Shown in pieces: positions 11,001-21,295 of a stretch of DNA of 34,536 nt. Within the stretch, counting starts at the first letter, position 1; each line of letters opens with the position of its first letter. The translations under genes were made by a program, and so were the position numbers. This DNA comes from a bacterium (lineage in GTDB: Bacteria > SZUA-182 > DTGQ01 > JAFGSM01): contig JBLIRO010000052.1 in the NCBI GenBank assembly GCA_049472335.1, positions 1 through 34,536 on the forward strand, given 5' to 3'. The notes under the pieces are model-generated. The model worked only from the letters and a program-made list of their open reading frames with translations, was not told the origin of the DNA and did no database searches.

Positions 11001-14000
11001 TATAGAAGGCACCTTTGACGCCTCTTCATCCACAGATGATTATGGAATTGCAGCCTATTTATGGGATTTTGGAGACGGGAGCAGTGCTGAAGGCAGAATT
11101 GTATATCATTTCTACTCATCAGTAGGTACCTATACAGTAATCTTAAAGGTTTATGATAATGCCGGCCATTTTGATATAGCCACAAAAACGATAGAGGTAT
11201 CAGGTGAGAATCTAGTAGTTTGTGTGCCATGGCAGATCGTTGGCGGGGTGGAGATACCTCATGATACCTGGAGCGGAAATGAATCTGTGCTTAAGGCCGT
11301 AGCAAAAAGTGCTGCTGTCCCCATTGAATATACCTGGGATTTTGGGGATGGCACCAGTGAATCAGGGACCATTACCAATGCCTCTGGCCGGTTTGCAATA
11401 GAAGCCCGCCATATTTACACAGGCTCCGCCGGAGAGCCATTTGTAGCCACCATTACCATCACGGATGACACAGGGATCACTGCCAGTGATACGTACCGGT
11501 TGATTATTCGCCCAAAGACACTTGAAATTGAAGAGAATGTCGCCATTGATAATGGCCTGTGGTGGCTTTATAAAAACCAGATCCGGGACACATGGCCTTC
11601 AGGTACCTACAGGGATGCACCTGTGGAATATAGTTATTGGCGCAGTTATGAACTTTATTCTGCCTCTTCCACGGCATCCGTTGTCCAGGCCTTTTTGATC
11701 AATGGCCATATGGAGACAGGAGATCCCATAGAGGACCCCTATGTCGAGACCGTGCGCAGAGGGATGCGTTATGTTTTTACAACATTAAATCATGTCAACA
11801 TCGGCCCTCAAACCTATGGTAATCCCGACACCAATGGTAATGGCATTGGGCTGCAGGTTGATTCATTTCGTCCAATTTATGAGGGTGGAATGGTAATGGA
11901 TGCCATAGCTGCCACTGGAACTCCTGACGCTATTGCACGAACAGGAAGGGCCAATGTGTGCGGCCGCACCTACCTGGACATCATGATTGATATGGTGGAT
12001 ATGTATGCATGGGGACAAAATGATGGTGGAGGCTGGCGTTATTCTTGGAATGTAGATTCTGACAATTCTGCTGCCCAGTGGGGTGCCATTGGACTTCTTG
12101 CGGCAGAGGAGATATTCGGGATTGAGATTCCACAATGGGTGAAAGAGCGTAATGATGTATGGCTTAATTATAGCTATGATGGAATAGGTTTTGGTTATAC
12201 ATACAGAGGCCATGGAGTGGGCCAAACCCCAGCGGGGATGATCCAATTGGCCTTTTGCGATAAAACAACATCGGATAGTCGCTGGCAAACCTCGGAAGAC
12301 TGGATAGCAAATAACTGGGCATGGTGGCTAAATCAAAATAATATCTATGCCTGTTATGCCTTTGCCAAGGCAATGCGGACTGCACAACCTCAAGAGGTTG
12401 TTATTTTAAGTGCTACCGGATCTGACTGGTTTAATGATGAGCATCAGGGCCTTGCCCGTTATCTTATGGATCTGCAAGAAACGGATTTAGGCTGGCCGAA
12501 TTTATATTTTTCAGAGAGATACTACATTGGAAGAACCTTCTCCACAGCCTGGTCAATCATCATCCTGACCAGAACCCTATTTGTAAAGCCCCCTGTGGCC
12601 CTTATCCATGCCTCACCCAATCCGGGGGCCATAGGCCAGGAGATACGATTTGATGCTTCAGCATCATATCATCTGGATCCTTTCAGAAGAATTACCGGCT
12701 ACCAGTGGGACTTTGACGTATCAGACGGCCTTGACTGGGAACACCCTGATGTAACCGGCCGGATTACCACCCATACCTATGGAGAATTAAAGGATTATAC
12801 AGTCACCCTCCGGGTATTGGATAACAATGTCCCTGTACGTATGGACACCGATATTGTTGTAATCAGTATTACAATCCCGCCCCATCCTCCGACAGCCAAT
12901 GCAGATGGTCCCTATATTGCCGCAACAGGAGAGTCCATTACCCTGGATGGCAGCGGATCCTATGATATTGATGAATCAGAAGGGGACAGCATCACTGCCT
13001 ACGGGTGGGAGATAGACATGATTGCCCCAAGGGATTTTGATGATGCCACAGGTATAAGTCCCACCGTTTCTGGTTATGATATGGCAGGCACCTATCCCAT
13101 TGGACTCAGGGTTGCCGACAACACAGAAAATGTTTTTCCATCCTCAGGCTCGCCCAATCTCACAGATGATGACTTTACAGAGGTCATTGTATACAATCGA
13201 TGTATCACCGATCTTTATATCCGGCCCAAGGGCACCAAGGCATCCCTGGTCTGGACCCATATCGGGGCTGATGAGTACAAGGTTTACCGGTCCGAAAAAG
13301 GTCCCAATACAGGGATGGAGCTTATCGGAACAACAAACTCCACATACAGCACCTTTATTGATTACAATGTGGAGTTAAACAAGGATTACTGGTATCGCGT
13401 CCAGGTGGAAAATGATATCCAAATCTGCGTATCCAATGCATATCATATCAAATCACAAGACCGGATCAGAAACAGGCCCCCAAAGATTACCTCAACCCCG
13501 ATATTAACCGCCCAGGAAACTCAGTTATATGTATATGATGTGGAGGCCAATGACCCGGATCGTCATGCAATTACATATATATTGGATCAGGCCCCGGATG
13601 GTATGAGTATAGACAAGACCACAGGCCTTATTGAATGGACTCCTGCATTCTCCCAGATAGGGCCAAATAATGTTACTATAAGGGCAATGGATGCGCTAAG
13701 GGCTTCTTCGACCCAGTTTTTTATCATTGTTGTCTCGCCCCGGCCCAATGAACCTCCTGTAGCAAATCCCGGAGGCCCGTATTCGAGTCTAAAGGACCAG
13801 GGTATTACATTTGACGGCTCAGGCTCCTATGACCCTGAAGGGGATCTGCCCCTGACCTATGAATGGAATTTCGGGGATGGCATTACTTCCACCGAGAAAA
13901 ATCCAACCCATGTTTATACCGCATCCGGTCTTTATATCGTTACACTCTTCGTGACAGACTCAAGGGGGGCCACAGGAAGCGCTGAGACAACAGCACAGAT

Positions 14001-17000
14001 TGATGAGCCAAACCGTCTGCCCATAGCAGATATCGGTGGTCCTTATACAGGACATGCCCAGACAGAAATCAGCTTTGACGGCTCAGGCTCCTATGATCCG
14101 GATGGTGATCCACTTACCTATACTTGGGATTTTGGAGACAGCACGCCTCCTGTGACCGGTATCACGGTTATGCATATTTATGAAATAGAAGGTACATATA
14201 ATGTGTCCCTCACCGTTGATGATGACCGGGGAGGAGTCGACACTGACGAAACGACAGTGGCAATAAGCCCACCAAATCAGCCACCCAATGCCATTTTCAC
14301 CGTACAGGGTGAACTTTTCACAACGTTAACATTGACATTTGATGCGACTTCCTCACAAGACCCTGAGGGGCAGCCAATTTCATCCTGGATGTGGGATTTT
14401 GGAGATGGCAGTTCCACTACCGGAGCTATTGTTACCCATGTGTATTCGAATGTGGGTGAATATACTGTTGTTCTCACGGTAACTGATAATAAAGGTGCAG
14501 AAGGTAAGCTCTCAAAAGTCCTGAGCATAGACTCCCATATAATCACGGTACCTGATGTGGTAGGAATGATCCAATCTGATGCGGAGTCTAACATTACTTC
14601 TTCCAGACTTTCTGTAGGAACAATTACCCAGGATTACAGTCTTAGCATACCCGCAGGTAGTGTGATCAGTCAGAATCCTCCAGCGGGCTCATCCGTACTG
14701 ATACACTCTACCGTGAATCTCGTTGTCTCCCTGGGCCCGAAGATGGTCACAGTGCCCAATGTGAAAGGCATGAGTCAGTCTGCTGCAGAGTCTAACATTA
14801 CTTCTGCTGAGCTCACAGTAGGAAGTCTAACCCAGGCATATAGTGATACTGTGCCTGTCGGTATAGTGATAAGCCAGAATCCTGCAGCGGGCTCATCTGT
14901 TGTCATATATTCTCCTGTAGATCTGGTGGTCTCCCTCGGCATGCAGATGGTCATAGTACCTGATGTGGTTGGCATGAGCCAATCTGCTGCAGAGAATGCC
15001 ATCAATTCTTCTATTCTTACCGTAGGAATCGTTACCGAGCAGTACATCGATACTGTACCTCAAGGCAATGTGATAAGTCAGAGTCCTGCTCCGGGAACTT
15101 CTGTAGTTCATCATTCACCTGTTGACTTAGTGGTATCAATTGGTGTGTGGACGGGACCGGATGATAAACCCCCGGTGGTCACAGTATCAGCAAATCCAGA
15201 TCGTGTTTATATTGGCGAGACAGTTACCATAACTGTTCAAGCCTCTGATAATGCTGGAGTGGCAGGTATTACACTTACTGTAAATGGGGATCCTGTCCCA
15301 CTGGTTGGCAACCAGGCCGTGTATACAGCTATAACCACAGGTTACAACACTGCCCAAGCCGCCGCTACGGACAAATCCGACAATATAGGTACAGGTAGTA
15401 CCACCTTTGTGGTTATGGATCCTAGCGATACCGAGCCGCCTGTGGTGAGTATTACATCACCGGTAGATAGTGAGGAGATCACTTTACCAAAAAATGTAAT
15501 AGGGACTGCCGATGATTCAAACCTTGAGTTCTATACATTAGAAATTGCCAAAAAGGATACAAATGAATGGACCGTAATAGCAACCGGCACCAGCCCAGTA
15601 ATAAATGGTGTACTCGGGCAGTTTGACCCAACCCTGCTCATAAACAGCCTTTACGATATCAGGCTTGCAGCTACTGATTTTGGCGGAAATACTGCCTCAA
15701 CCACTGTTACCTGCCTTGTCACAGGGAACCTTAAGGTCGGGATTAATCAAATAGCTTTTACTGACCTGCAGGTTCCGGTAAGTGGTATAGATATCACTAT
15801 ACAGCGAAAATATGATAACTGCATCAAGACCAAGAACGACTTCGGTGTGGGCTGGTCCATCAACATCCTGGACCTCGACCTAAGGGAAAACCGGGCCCCT
15901 GGGGAGGGATGGTCCCCCATCAATACAGGTGACTTCCTGCCCTATTGGGAACTGAGGCCGACTAAGGTCCACATGGTTATCGTGACCTACCCCGATGGGA
16001 AAACAGACCTCTTTGATGCGGAGGCGTATTTTGAAGATCCTTTATACCGGACTGGGCAATCGGCTTATGTGAGCTTTGCGCCCCGCTCCGGGACCACATC
16101 CACCCTGCAGCCCCTTGGTTCGAGTTGGGTCATATATCAGGGTGGAAACCTGTTGGATGTCAACACCTTCCAGCCTTACAATCCCAATCGCTACCTGCTG
16201 ACCACCAAAGATGGCACAGAGATGGTGATCAATCAGCAGACCGGCCTGGAGAGCATCGAGGATCTCAACGGAAATGCCATATACATCAACGAAAACGGCA
16301 TTCTTCATTCCTCGGGCAAGAGCATCTTCTTTATTCGGGATGCACAGGATAGGATAACCCAGATTATTGATCCGATGAACAATGCAATAAATTATGCCTA
16401 CGATTCCAATGGTGATCTGGTGAGCTTCACTGATCGAGAAAGCAATACCGTTACTTACACTTATGATGACAAACACAATCTTATTGAATACAACGATCCT
16501 CGCGGTGTCACGACGCTCAGATGTGAATATGATGAGAGCGGCAGGTTGATCGCCACAAGAGATGCAAATGGCAACCGGATTGAACTCAGCCATGACCCGG
16601 ATACCTATACCTCGGTGGTTCGGGATAGGTTGGGCAATGCTACAGTATTTGAGTACAATGAACGTGGCGATGTGCTTAGACAGGTTGATGCCCTCGGCAA
16701 TGTCACCACGTATACATATGACGAACGAGGCAACCAACTCACTGAGACTGATCCATTGGGCAACACAACAACTTATATGTATGATACCCACGACAATCTG
16801 CTGACCAAAACTGATCCCTTAGGTAATACAACCACTTATACATACAATGCCCGTGGACAGGTCTTGAGCACCACTGACCCTCTTGGATATACCACTACCA
16901 ATATATACTATGCCAATGGAAATTTGTGGACCAACACGAATGCTCTGGGGGAAACCTCCTCCTACACCTACGATGCCCGCGGAAATTTACTCTCCAGCAC

Positions 17001-20000
17001 CGACTTTATGGGGAATACCACCACGCATCGATACGATGCCTATGGCAATTCAACCAAAACAACCGGTCCCGATGGCAGCATTAAAACCTATACCTACAAT
17101 GCTAATGGGAATCAACTGACAGAGAGTATCACCCGTACTACCCCATCCGGTCAGGAAACTATAACCACCCGTTATATCTATGACAAACTGGGCCGATTGG
17201 TGCGGACTATTAACCCCTATGATAACTCTACCATAACCGAGTATGATTCTATTGGCAAGAAGGTAGCCACCATAGATGAACTGGGGAGGAGAACTCAGTT
17301 TGAATACAATTCCCTAGGGCAGTTAGTGAAGACGATATACCCCGATGGGACCTTTGATGAAACCTCTACCTACGATGCTGAAGGACGACTGTTGATCTCA
17401 ATAGACCGTGGTGGCAGGATTACCAGTTATAGTTATGATGCACTGGGTCGTTTGATTCAAATTACATCACCAGATGGTTCAACGACTCGCACAACCTACG
17501 ATTCTGTTGGGAGAATCGCGACGACAACTGATGAGAGAGGTAATGAAACGCGCTACAGCTATGACGCAGCAGGAAGGAGAACCGCTATAGAAGACCCCTC
17601 CGGAACTGTGACTACGTTTACCTATGACAAAAACAACAATGAGCTAACCAAGACCGATGTCAATGGCAATACCACTAGCTATCAATACAACGCTAATAAT
17701 TGGAGGGAAAAAACGATATTTGCTGATGCTTCCACAACGGTGATTAGCTATGACGCCTTGGGGAATCGAATCGCTGAAACGGATCAGGCCGATATAACAA
17801 CGCGGTTTGAATATAATGCCTCGGGTCAGATCATCAAGGTTATTAACGCGTTAGAAAACGAAACCAGCTATACCTATGATGAAATGGGCAATCAACTCAC
17901 ACAGACAGATGCCAATGGAAACACAACCACATTTGAATATGACAAATTAGGGCGGCTTATCAAGAGGACCTTGCCTCTTGGGATGTCTGAAGTCATGACC
18001 TATGATGCAAATGGGAATTTGATTACCAGTACCGATTTCAATGGGGATACCATTGTGTATTCCTACGACGTCAGTAATCGGAGAACTAATAAAACTTATC
18101 CTGATGGGACGCAAGTATCATTTACCTACACTGCCACTGGTCAACGAGCCACTGTCACCGATGGCAGGGGTATCACCTCTTATAACTACGACCTGAGAGA
18201 TAGACTCATTCAGATCGTCAATCCAGATGGCACAGTCATATCTTACACTTATGACCCTAGTGGTAACCGTACTTCAGTATCCGTTCCTTCAGGTACAACA
18301 ACTTATACCTACGACAAACTGAACAGACTTGAAACAGTTAATCATCCCGATGGGAGCGTAACAACAAACACCTATGACGCTATAGGCAATAGGACTAGTG
18401 TAACCTACCCCAATGGAACTGTGACCGAATACACCTATAACGCGCTCAATCGCCTCATATACCTTGAAAATAGAAAATCCACAGGAGAGATTATTTTAAG
18501 CAATACATATACACTAGGCCCCGCTGGCAACCGGATAAGGGAAGAGGAGAACACCGGAAGGGTTGTCAATTACACTTATGATGACCTTTACAGGCTGACC
18601 AAAGAGGATATAACTGATCCTATCCTTGGAAATGAGGTGATCTCTTATACTTACGATGCTGTGGGTAATCGTCTAATAAAGACTGATTCAACCGGCACCA
18701 CCACTTACACTTATAACTCAAATGACCAACTTCTTTCCGAAGTAACTCCAACGCATGCCAATACTTACACTTACGACGGTAATGGAAACACTGTAACCAT
18801 ATCAGGTGACACCACCACTAATTATTACTATGATTATGAAAATAGGCTGATTGGTGCGCAGGTGGCCACCAGCCAGACTGCTTACCAATACGATGCAGAC
18901 GGAATGAGAGTGAAATCTACGACTGATGGCAAAGTAATCAATTATCTGGCAGATAAGAATCGTGAGTTCGAGCAGGTCCTGGAGGAAACGGATACCAATG
19001 GTTCGTTGATTGTCAGCTATGTCTACGGTGATGATCTCATCAGCCAAAATCGCTCTGGTTCGACATCTTACTACCATTACGATGGCCTCGGCAGCGTCAG
19101 GGCTTTGACGAACGATATTGAGGCTGTGACTGATACTTATAACTATAAGGCTTTTGGTGAACTAATCGCTAAGACTGGCGCTACCCAAAATAAATATCTC
19201 TTCACTGGTGAACAGTACGATGAGAATGTTGAATTCTACTATCTTAGGTCAAGATACTTCAATCCCGTTATCGGTAGGTTCCTCACCATGGATAGTTTCC
19301 CAGGTGTCTCTCAGGACCCCAAGTCGTTGCACAAATATGTCTACGTTGGAAATGATCCCATAAACAACATCGATCCCAGTGGGGAATTTGTCGGAGGAGG
19401 GATTAGTATAGCAATGGTTATAGTTTGTATTATGGGCATTTTGGCTGGATGCAGTAGTATACCATTAAGCGTAGCAAGGTCATGTGTGCCGCCGGAAGGG
19501 ATATTGAAAATGCCCGTGGCGGTGGAATGGGTCGGCAGGACTCAAACCAGACATGGAACGTGGGTTGGGTGGACGAGAAATGAGGTCGGCAATATTGTGA
19601 AAATGGCATCAAAAGTAATGAGTGATGAAGATGTACTCGAGATTGAGTTGGTTCCGACATTTGCTGAAAGATCAATAAGTCCTCGGGACCCAAGAGCAAT
19701 AGTACGAGATCCTGTGAGGATTTTTCGTCCGATGAGATTTGGTACAGCGAGGATATATTTCATAATCCAACTTACTTCTCATTTTGGAGGCGGTGCTGCT
19801 CTAGGCGGTGATGTTGCTGCCCTTGATTTTGGGTCGTATCAAGCAGGCTTTGTGGATTTGGCCCTAGCTCATGAGTTAGGACATACATTAGGACTAGGTG
19901 AAGATAACAGTTTCCCCAATCTAATGCGTCAAAAAATAAAAGGAATACTGTCGGGACCTACAAAGTTCCTTACAGATATACAGAGAAAAAATGCCAGACG

Positions 20001-20037
20001 GATGGGATACTGTCTGTTAGGTCGGCTGAGATTATGA
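8077..20037 (+). CDS. Giant secreted RHS/YD-repeat protein with PKD repeats, prenyltransferase-like helical region, FN3/Ig-like domains, 3 PASTA domains, RHS core and C-terminal HExxH metallopeptidase-like domain
   Basis: RBS aaggagggg; many WDFGDG PKD motifs; GGWRY...DNSAAQW; three VP(D/N)V(V/K)GM PASTA starts (about 14545-15150); YD repeats (about 16300-19050); core LFTGEQYD...YYLRSRYFNP...DPINNIDPSG (ends 19383); HELGHTLGL at about 19870. Confidence 0.95.
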   Translation: MEKGVISHLKGSHFCKSIVFLICYIFLVQSCIWMMPPPSIRHYPADPISPVEKRQGILPDVADAFRRAIDLFLPDKAYADLPIADAGGPYIINEEAAQGGLWTVRFDGSNSSSTEGIVRYEWDFGDGDTLSTVGGKETVNFFASGMHLYGYDVADADLRIIASQDNTMVRIINLQSAQEINSTILNKYEQWENVGPGDGIYFKIEADKPVIAYETDMSWAHSAFVPSLEGGPVGREFIFFYFAGEGFYVFAIEDTMLRMYQTDGTLISEQSIAAGSYWNPGLSNGIYHFISSGKISMQTVGGNAYTTVPSISGSGVGRKFYCATSGWLTGALAIFAYEDAQVRVYDLNSGNLLWTEDISKGSYSWKTGVGTRRLRIESTGDIEVWAGDTEQGQVISSLGDDISFAVGRDAKEFYVHGLMDGLVIFAPFDNTILSLDGQVKTLSADGYLHVAGGAFHHITSNNPILIQTLGRANSYNDLGTYLGGVSEIVHQYIAPGSYTITLTVYDSAGQSATDTTSVQSTVGAPPIADPGGPYIFDEAFVTEGKWTVVVNGIGSTDDYGICTYQWDFGDGGSGTGISPTHQYSATGTYTLTLMVTDYAGQTHTSTTTVTILDNDDPVPSITAPETVGEENASLGCWSVDFDASGSTDDFGILRYEWDFGDGSTGTGQSITHSYCTAGTYTVTLTVYDHAGQSGSATTTIQVQPGGLPVADAGGPYGPIESGQLVTFDGTGSTDDFGITEYFWDFGEFIHTFNGTQINYAQWAAPPQVIQDNEIILTGADSWGTRYFFSRHPCHRDSVLEAVIKTPTTSPQLFMIGFKSDNPIYHYNQMPYAVYFFGGYIFIWEDDRNRWQRSGYTYGQEYEVRIELKKDTGALYYFRKRGAPDWNLIYDSNYGNLKSLRIGADAHSGSFAIDDIKLINHAYGPTPTVPIFQDQTVTLTVTDSAGQTDSDIPDVDVVIGAPPQAEIVAPDHLDLGIEGTFDASSSTDDYGIAAYLWDFGDGSSAEGRIVYHFYSSVGTYTVILKVYDNAGHFDIATKTIEVSGENLVVCVPWQIVGGVEIPHDTWSGNESVLKAVAKSAAVPIEYTWDFGDGTSESGTITNASGRFAIEARHIYTGSAGEPFVATITITDDTGITASDTYRLIIRPKTLEIEENVAIDNGLWWLYKNQIRDTWPSGTYRDAPVEYSYWRSYELYSASSTASVVQAFLINGHMETGDPIEDPYVETVRRGMRYVFTTLNHVNIGPQTYGNPDTNGNGIGLQVDSFRPIYEGGMVMDAIAATGTPDAIARTGRANVCGRTYLDIMIDMVDMYAWGQNDGGGWRYSWNVDSDNSAAQWGAIGLLAAEEIFGIEIPQWVKERNDVWLNYSYDGIGFGYTYRGHGVGQTPAGMIQLAFCDKTTSDSRWQTSEDWIANNWAWWLNQNNIYACYAFAKAMRTAQPQEVVILSATGSDWFNDEHQGLARYLMDLQETDLGWPNLYFSERYYIGRTFSTAWSIIILTRTLFVKPPVALIHASPNPGAIGQEIRFDASASYHLDPFRRITGYQWDFDVSDGLDWEHPDVTGRITTHTYGELKDYTVTLRVLDNNVPVRMDTDIVVISITIPPHPPTANADGPYIAATGESITLDGSGSYDIDESEGDSITAYGWEIDMIAPRDFDDATGISPTVSGYDMAGTYPIGLRVADNTENVFPSSGSPNLTDDDFTEVIVYNRCITDLYIRPKGTKASLVWTHIGADEYKVYRSEKGPNTGMELIGTTNSTYSTFIDYNVELNKDYWYRVQVENDIQICVSNAYHIKSQDRIRNRPPKITSTPILTAQETQLYVYDVEANDPDRHAITYILDQAPDGMSIDKTTGLIEWTPAFSQIGPNNVTIRAMDALRASSTQFFIIVVSPRPNEPPVANPGGPYSSLKDQGITFDGSGSYDPEGDLPLTYEWNFGDGITSTEKNPTHVYTASGLYIVTLFVTDSRGATGSAETTAQIDEPNRLPIADIGGPYTGHAQTEISFDGSGSYDPDGDPLTYTWDFGDSTPPVTGITVMHIYEIEGTYNVSLTVDDDRGGVDTDETTVAISPPNQPPNAIFTVQGELFTTLTLTFDATSSQDPEGQPISSWMWDFGDGSSTTGAIVTHVYSNVGEYTVVLTVTDNKGAEGKLSKVLSIDSHIITVPDVVGMIQSDAESNITSSRLSVGTITQDYSLSIPAGSVISQNPPAGSSVLIHSTVNLVVSLGPKMVTVPNVKGMSQSAAESNITSAELTVGSLTQAYSDTVPVGIVISQNPAAGSSVVIYSPVDLVVSLGMQMVIVPDVVGMSQSAAENAINSSILTVGIVTEQYIDTVPQGNVISQSPAPGTSVVHHSPVDLVVSIGVWTGPDDKPPVVTVSANPDRVYIGETVTITVQASDNAGVAGITLTVNGDPVPLVGNQAVYTAITTGYNTAQAAATDKSDNIGTGSTTFVVMDPSDTEPPVVSITSPVDSEEITLPKNVIGTADDSNLEFYTLEIAKKDTNEWTVIATGTSPVINGVLGQFDPTLLINSLYDIRLAATDFGGNTASTTVTCLVTGNLKVGINQIAFTDLQVPVSGIDITIQRKYDNCIKTKNDFGVGWSINILDLDLRENRAPGEGWSPINTGDFLPYWELRPTKVHMVIVTYPDGKTDLFDAEAYFEDPLYRTGQSAYVSFAPRSGTTSTLQPLGSSWVIYQGGNLLDVNTFQPYNPNRYLLTTKDGTEMVINQQTGLESIEDLNGNAIYINENGILHSSGKSIFFIRDAQDRITQIIDPMNNAINYAYDSNGDLVSFTDRESNTVTYTYDDKHNLIEYNDPRGVTTLRCEYDESGRLIATRDANGNRIELSHDPDTYTSVVRDRLGNATVFEYNERGDVLRQVDALGNVTTYTYDERGNQLTETDPLGNTTTYMYDTHDNLLTKTDPLGNTTTYTYNARGQVLSTTDPLGYTTTNIYYANGNLWTNTNALGETSSYTYDARGNLLSSTDFMGNTTTHRYDAYGNSTKTTGPDGSIKTYTYNANGNQLTESITRTTPSGQETITTRYIYDKLGRLVRTINPYDNSTITEYDSIGKKVATIDELGRRTQFEYNSLGQLVKTIYPDGTFDETSTYDAEGRLLISIDRGGRITSYSYDALGRLIQITSPDGSTTRTTYDSVGRIATTTDERGNETRYSYDAAGRRTAIEDPSGTVTTFTYDKNNNELTKTDVNGNTTSYQYNANNWREKTIFADASTTVISYDALGNRIAETDQADITTRFEYNASGQIIKVINALENETSYTYDEMGNQLTQTDANGNTTTFEYDKLGRLIKRTLPLGMSEVMTYDANGNLITSTDFNGDTIVYSYDVSNRRTNKTYPDGTQVSFTYTATGQRATVTDGRGITSYNYDLRDRLIQIVNPDGTVISYTYDPSGNRTSVSVPSGTTTYTYDKLNRLETVNHPDGSVTTNTYDAIGNRTSVTYPNGTVTEYTYNALNRLIYLENRKSTGEIILSNTYTLGPAGNRIREEENTGRVVNYTYDDLYRLTKEDITDPILGNEVISYTYDAVGNRLIKTDSTGTTTYTYNSNDQLLSEVTPTHANTYTYDGNGNTVTISGDTTTNYYYDYENRLIGAQVATSQTAYQYDADGMRVKSTTDGKVINYLADKNREFEQVLEETDTNGSLIVSYVYGDDLISQNRSGSTSYYHYDGLGSVRALTNDIEAVTDTYNYKAFGELIAKTGATQNKYLFTGEQYDENVEFYYLRSRYFNPVIGRFLTMDSFPGVSQDPKSLHKYVYVGNDPINNIDPSGEFVGGGISIAMVIVCIMGILAGCSSIPLSVARSCVPPEGILKMPVAVEWVGRTQTRHGTWVGWTRNEVGNIVKMASKVMSDEDVLEIELVPTFAERSISPRDPRAIVRDPVRIFRPMRFGTARIYFIIQLTSHFGGGAALGGDVAALDFGSYQAGFVDLALAHELGHTLGLGEDNSFPNLMRQKIKGILSGPTKFLTDIQRKNARRMGYCLLGRLRL

Positions 20038-20179
20038 ATATAATCGGCTAATCAATCCTGAAAAGTAAAGTGAAGAAATTGAAATTGAAATTAGGACTGA
20101 AATTAAGTAGATAAAGTGAGGACGACCTTAAATATTAAAATAACTTAAAATTAACTGTTTTGGGGAGTATATTATAGGC

Positions 20180-20638
20180 ATTCCTAGGATAGACAGACTG
20201 GATATTCTCGGTCTTTTGCATCATATTATGATCAGAGGAATCGAGCGTCGAAAGATATTTAACGATGACATAGATCGTAAAAACTTCGTTGAACGACAAT
20301 ATATTCTTTTGTCTGAAACAAGGACCCAATGCTACGCATTGTAATTTTTATCGAACCATGTCCATTTTTTGTTTCGAAGCGGGCCTCTGGGAATTGTCGC
20401 CTTAATGAGAAGGTTGTTCACCGGGTATGCAGTGTTTTATAACAGAAGGCACAAACGCCACGGTCAGCTTTTCCAAAACAGATATAAATCCATCATATGC
20501 CAGGAAGATTCTTATTTGCAGGAATTAGTGCGATATATTCAATTGAATCCTTTAAGTACAAAGATAGTGAAGGACCTGGCTGGTTATTTCTATTGCGGGC
20601 ATAGTGCCTTGATGGAAAAGGTAAAAAGAGAGTGGTAG
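20180..20638 (+). pseudogene. REP-associated tyrosine transposase (RAYT, Y1 HUH) pseudogene, copy 1
   Basis: (I)PRIDRLDILGLLHHIMIRGIERRKIF...CYAL*FLSNHVH...LFQNRYKSIICQEDSYLQELVRYIQLNP; start codon is ATT; in-frame TAA at 20342-20344. Confidence 0.88.
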
Positions 20639-20686
20639 AATAGAGATAAATAATAAATCATTATATTATATCCTAATATCAAAATA

Positions 20687-20929
20687 TTATCTAGTGCTTG
20701 CATGTAGAATTGTAATACCCACAATCTTATTTCCATCTTTTCGAATTAATATATCATCGTCAGTTTCAATAGTTTGTTTAGCCCTCTGTGGTTTTCGAAA
20801 ACTTAAATACAACACATCAGCTTCTTTGTCATAGTCAATCCAAATATTCTCAATGTCAAGTTTCGTTATATCAGATGATAATCCTAAACAGGTTTTTAGT
20901 ATTTCTTCATTTTTTACCTTAGGGGCCAT
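20687..20929 (-). CDS. DUF2283-like putative antitoxin
   Basis: IDYDKEADVLYLSF...DILIR...IVGITIL signature; overlaps the upstream 99-aa gene. Confidence 0.85.
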   Translation of the reverse strand: MAPKVKNEEILKTCLGLSSDITKLDIENIWIDYDKEADVLYLSFRKPQRAKQTIETDDDILIRKDGNKIVGITILHASTR

Positions 20930-21213
20930 ATTAACTCTCCTTTTGGTTTTTTTTCTAAAAAATATGCAGTTATGACAAAACCATCCACTTTGGATATCTT
21001 TTTATAAACAACAACAAGCCATTTATTCTTTCCTAAATTTTTAGTTGCCTTCAAAGTGCCTTTATTACCTTTAATAATCAGATCCGGCTTTTCGATAGTT
21101 TCTAGGACTTCAAAGAAATAACTAGCTAAATCATCATGGTTTTCAATAATATGATACCATCTTTCATGCGTTAATCTTATTGGAACATCATCAACTGAAT
21201 AAGCCTTTTTCAT
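20914..21213 (-). CDS. Putative RelE/BrnT-like toxin paired with DUF2283
   Basis: IRLTHERWYHI...LVVVY...GFVITAY pattern; RBS gagga; translationally coupled to the DUF2283-like gene. Confidence 0.7.
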   Translation of the reverse strand: MKKAYSVDDVPIRLTHERWYHIIENHDDLASYFFEVLETIEKPDLIIKGNKGTLKATKNLGKNKWLVVVYKKISKVDGFVITAYFLEKKPKGELIWPLR

Positions 21214-21295
21214 GATATATTCCTCATGGACAATACTTTAAATAAGTTGGGATCGGGTCTTTTATTATAGGGTGTTTCTAAGTTTGTGACAAGGG

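Noticed and set aside
8413..19763. Small ORFs inside the RHS gene
   Set aside because: Shadow frames with no independent evidence.
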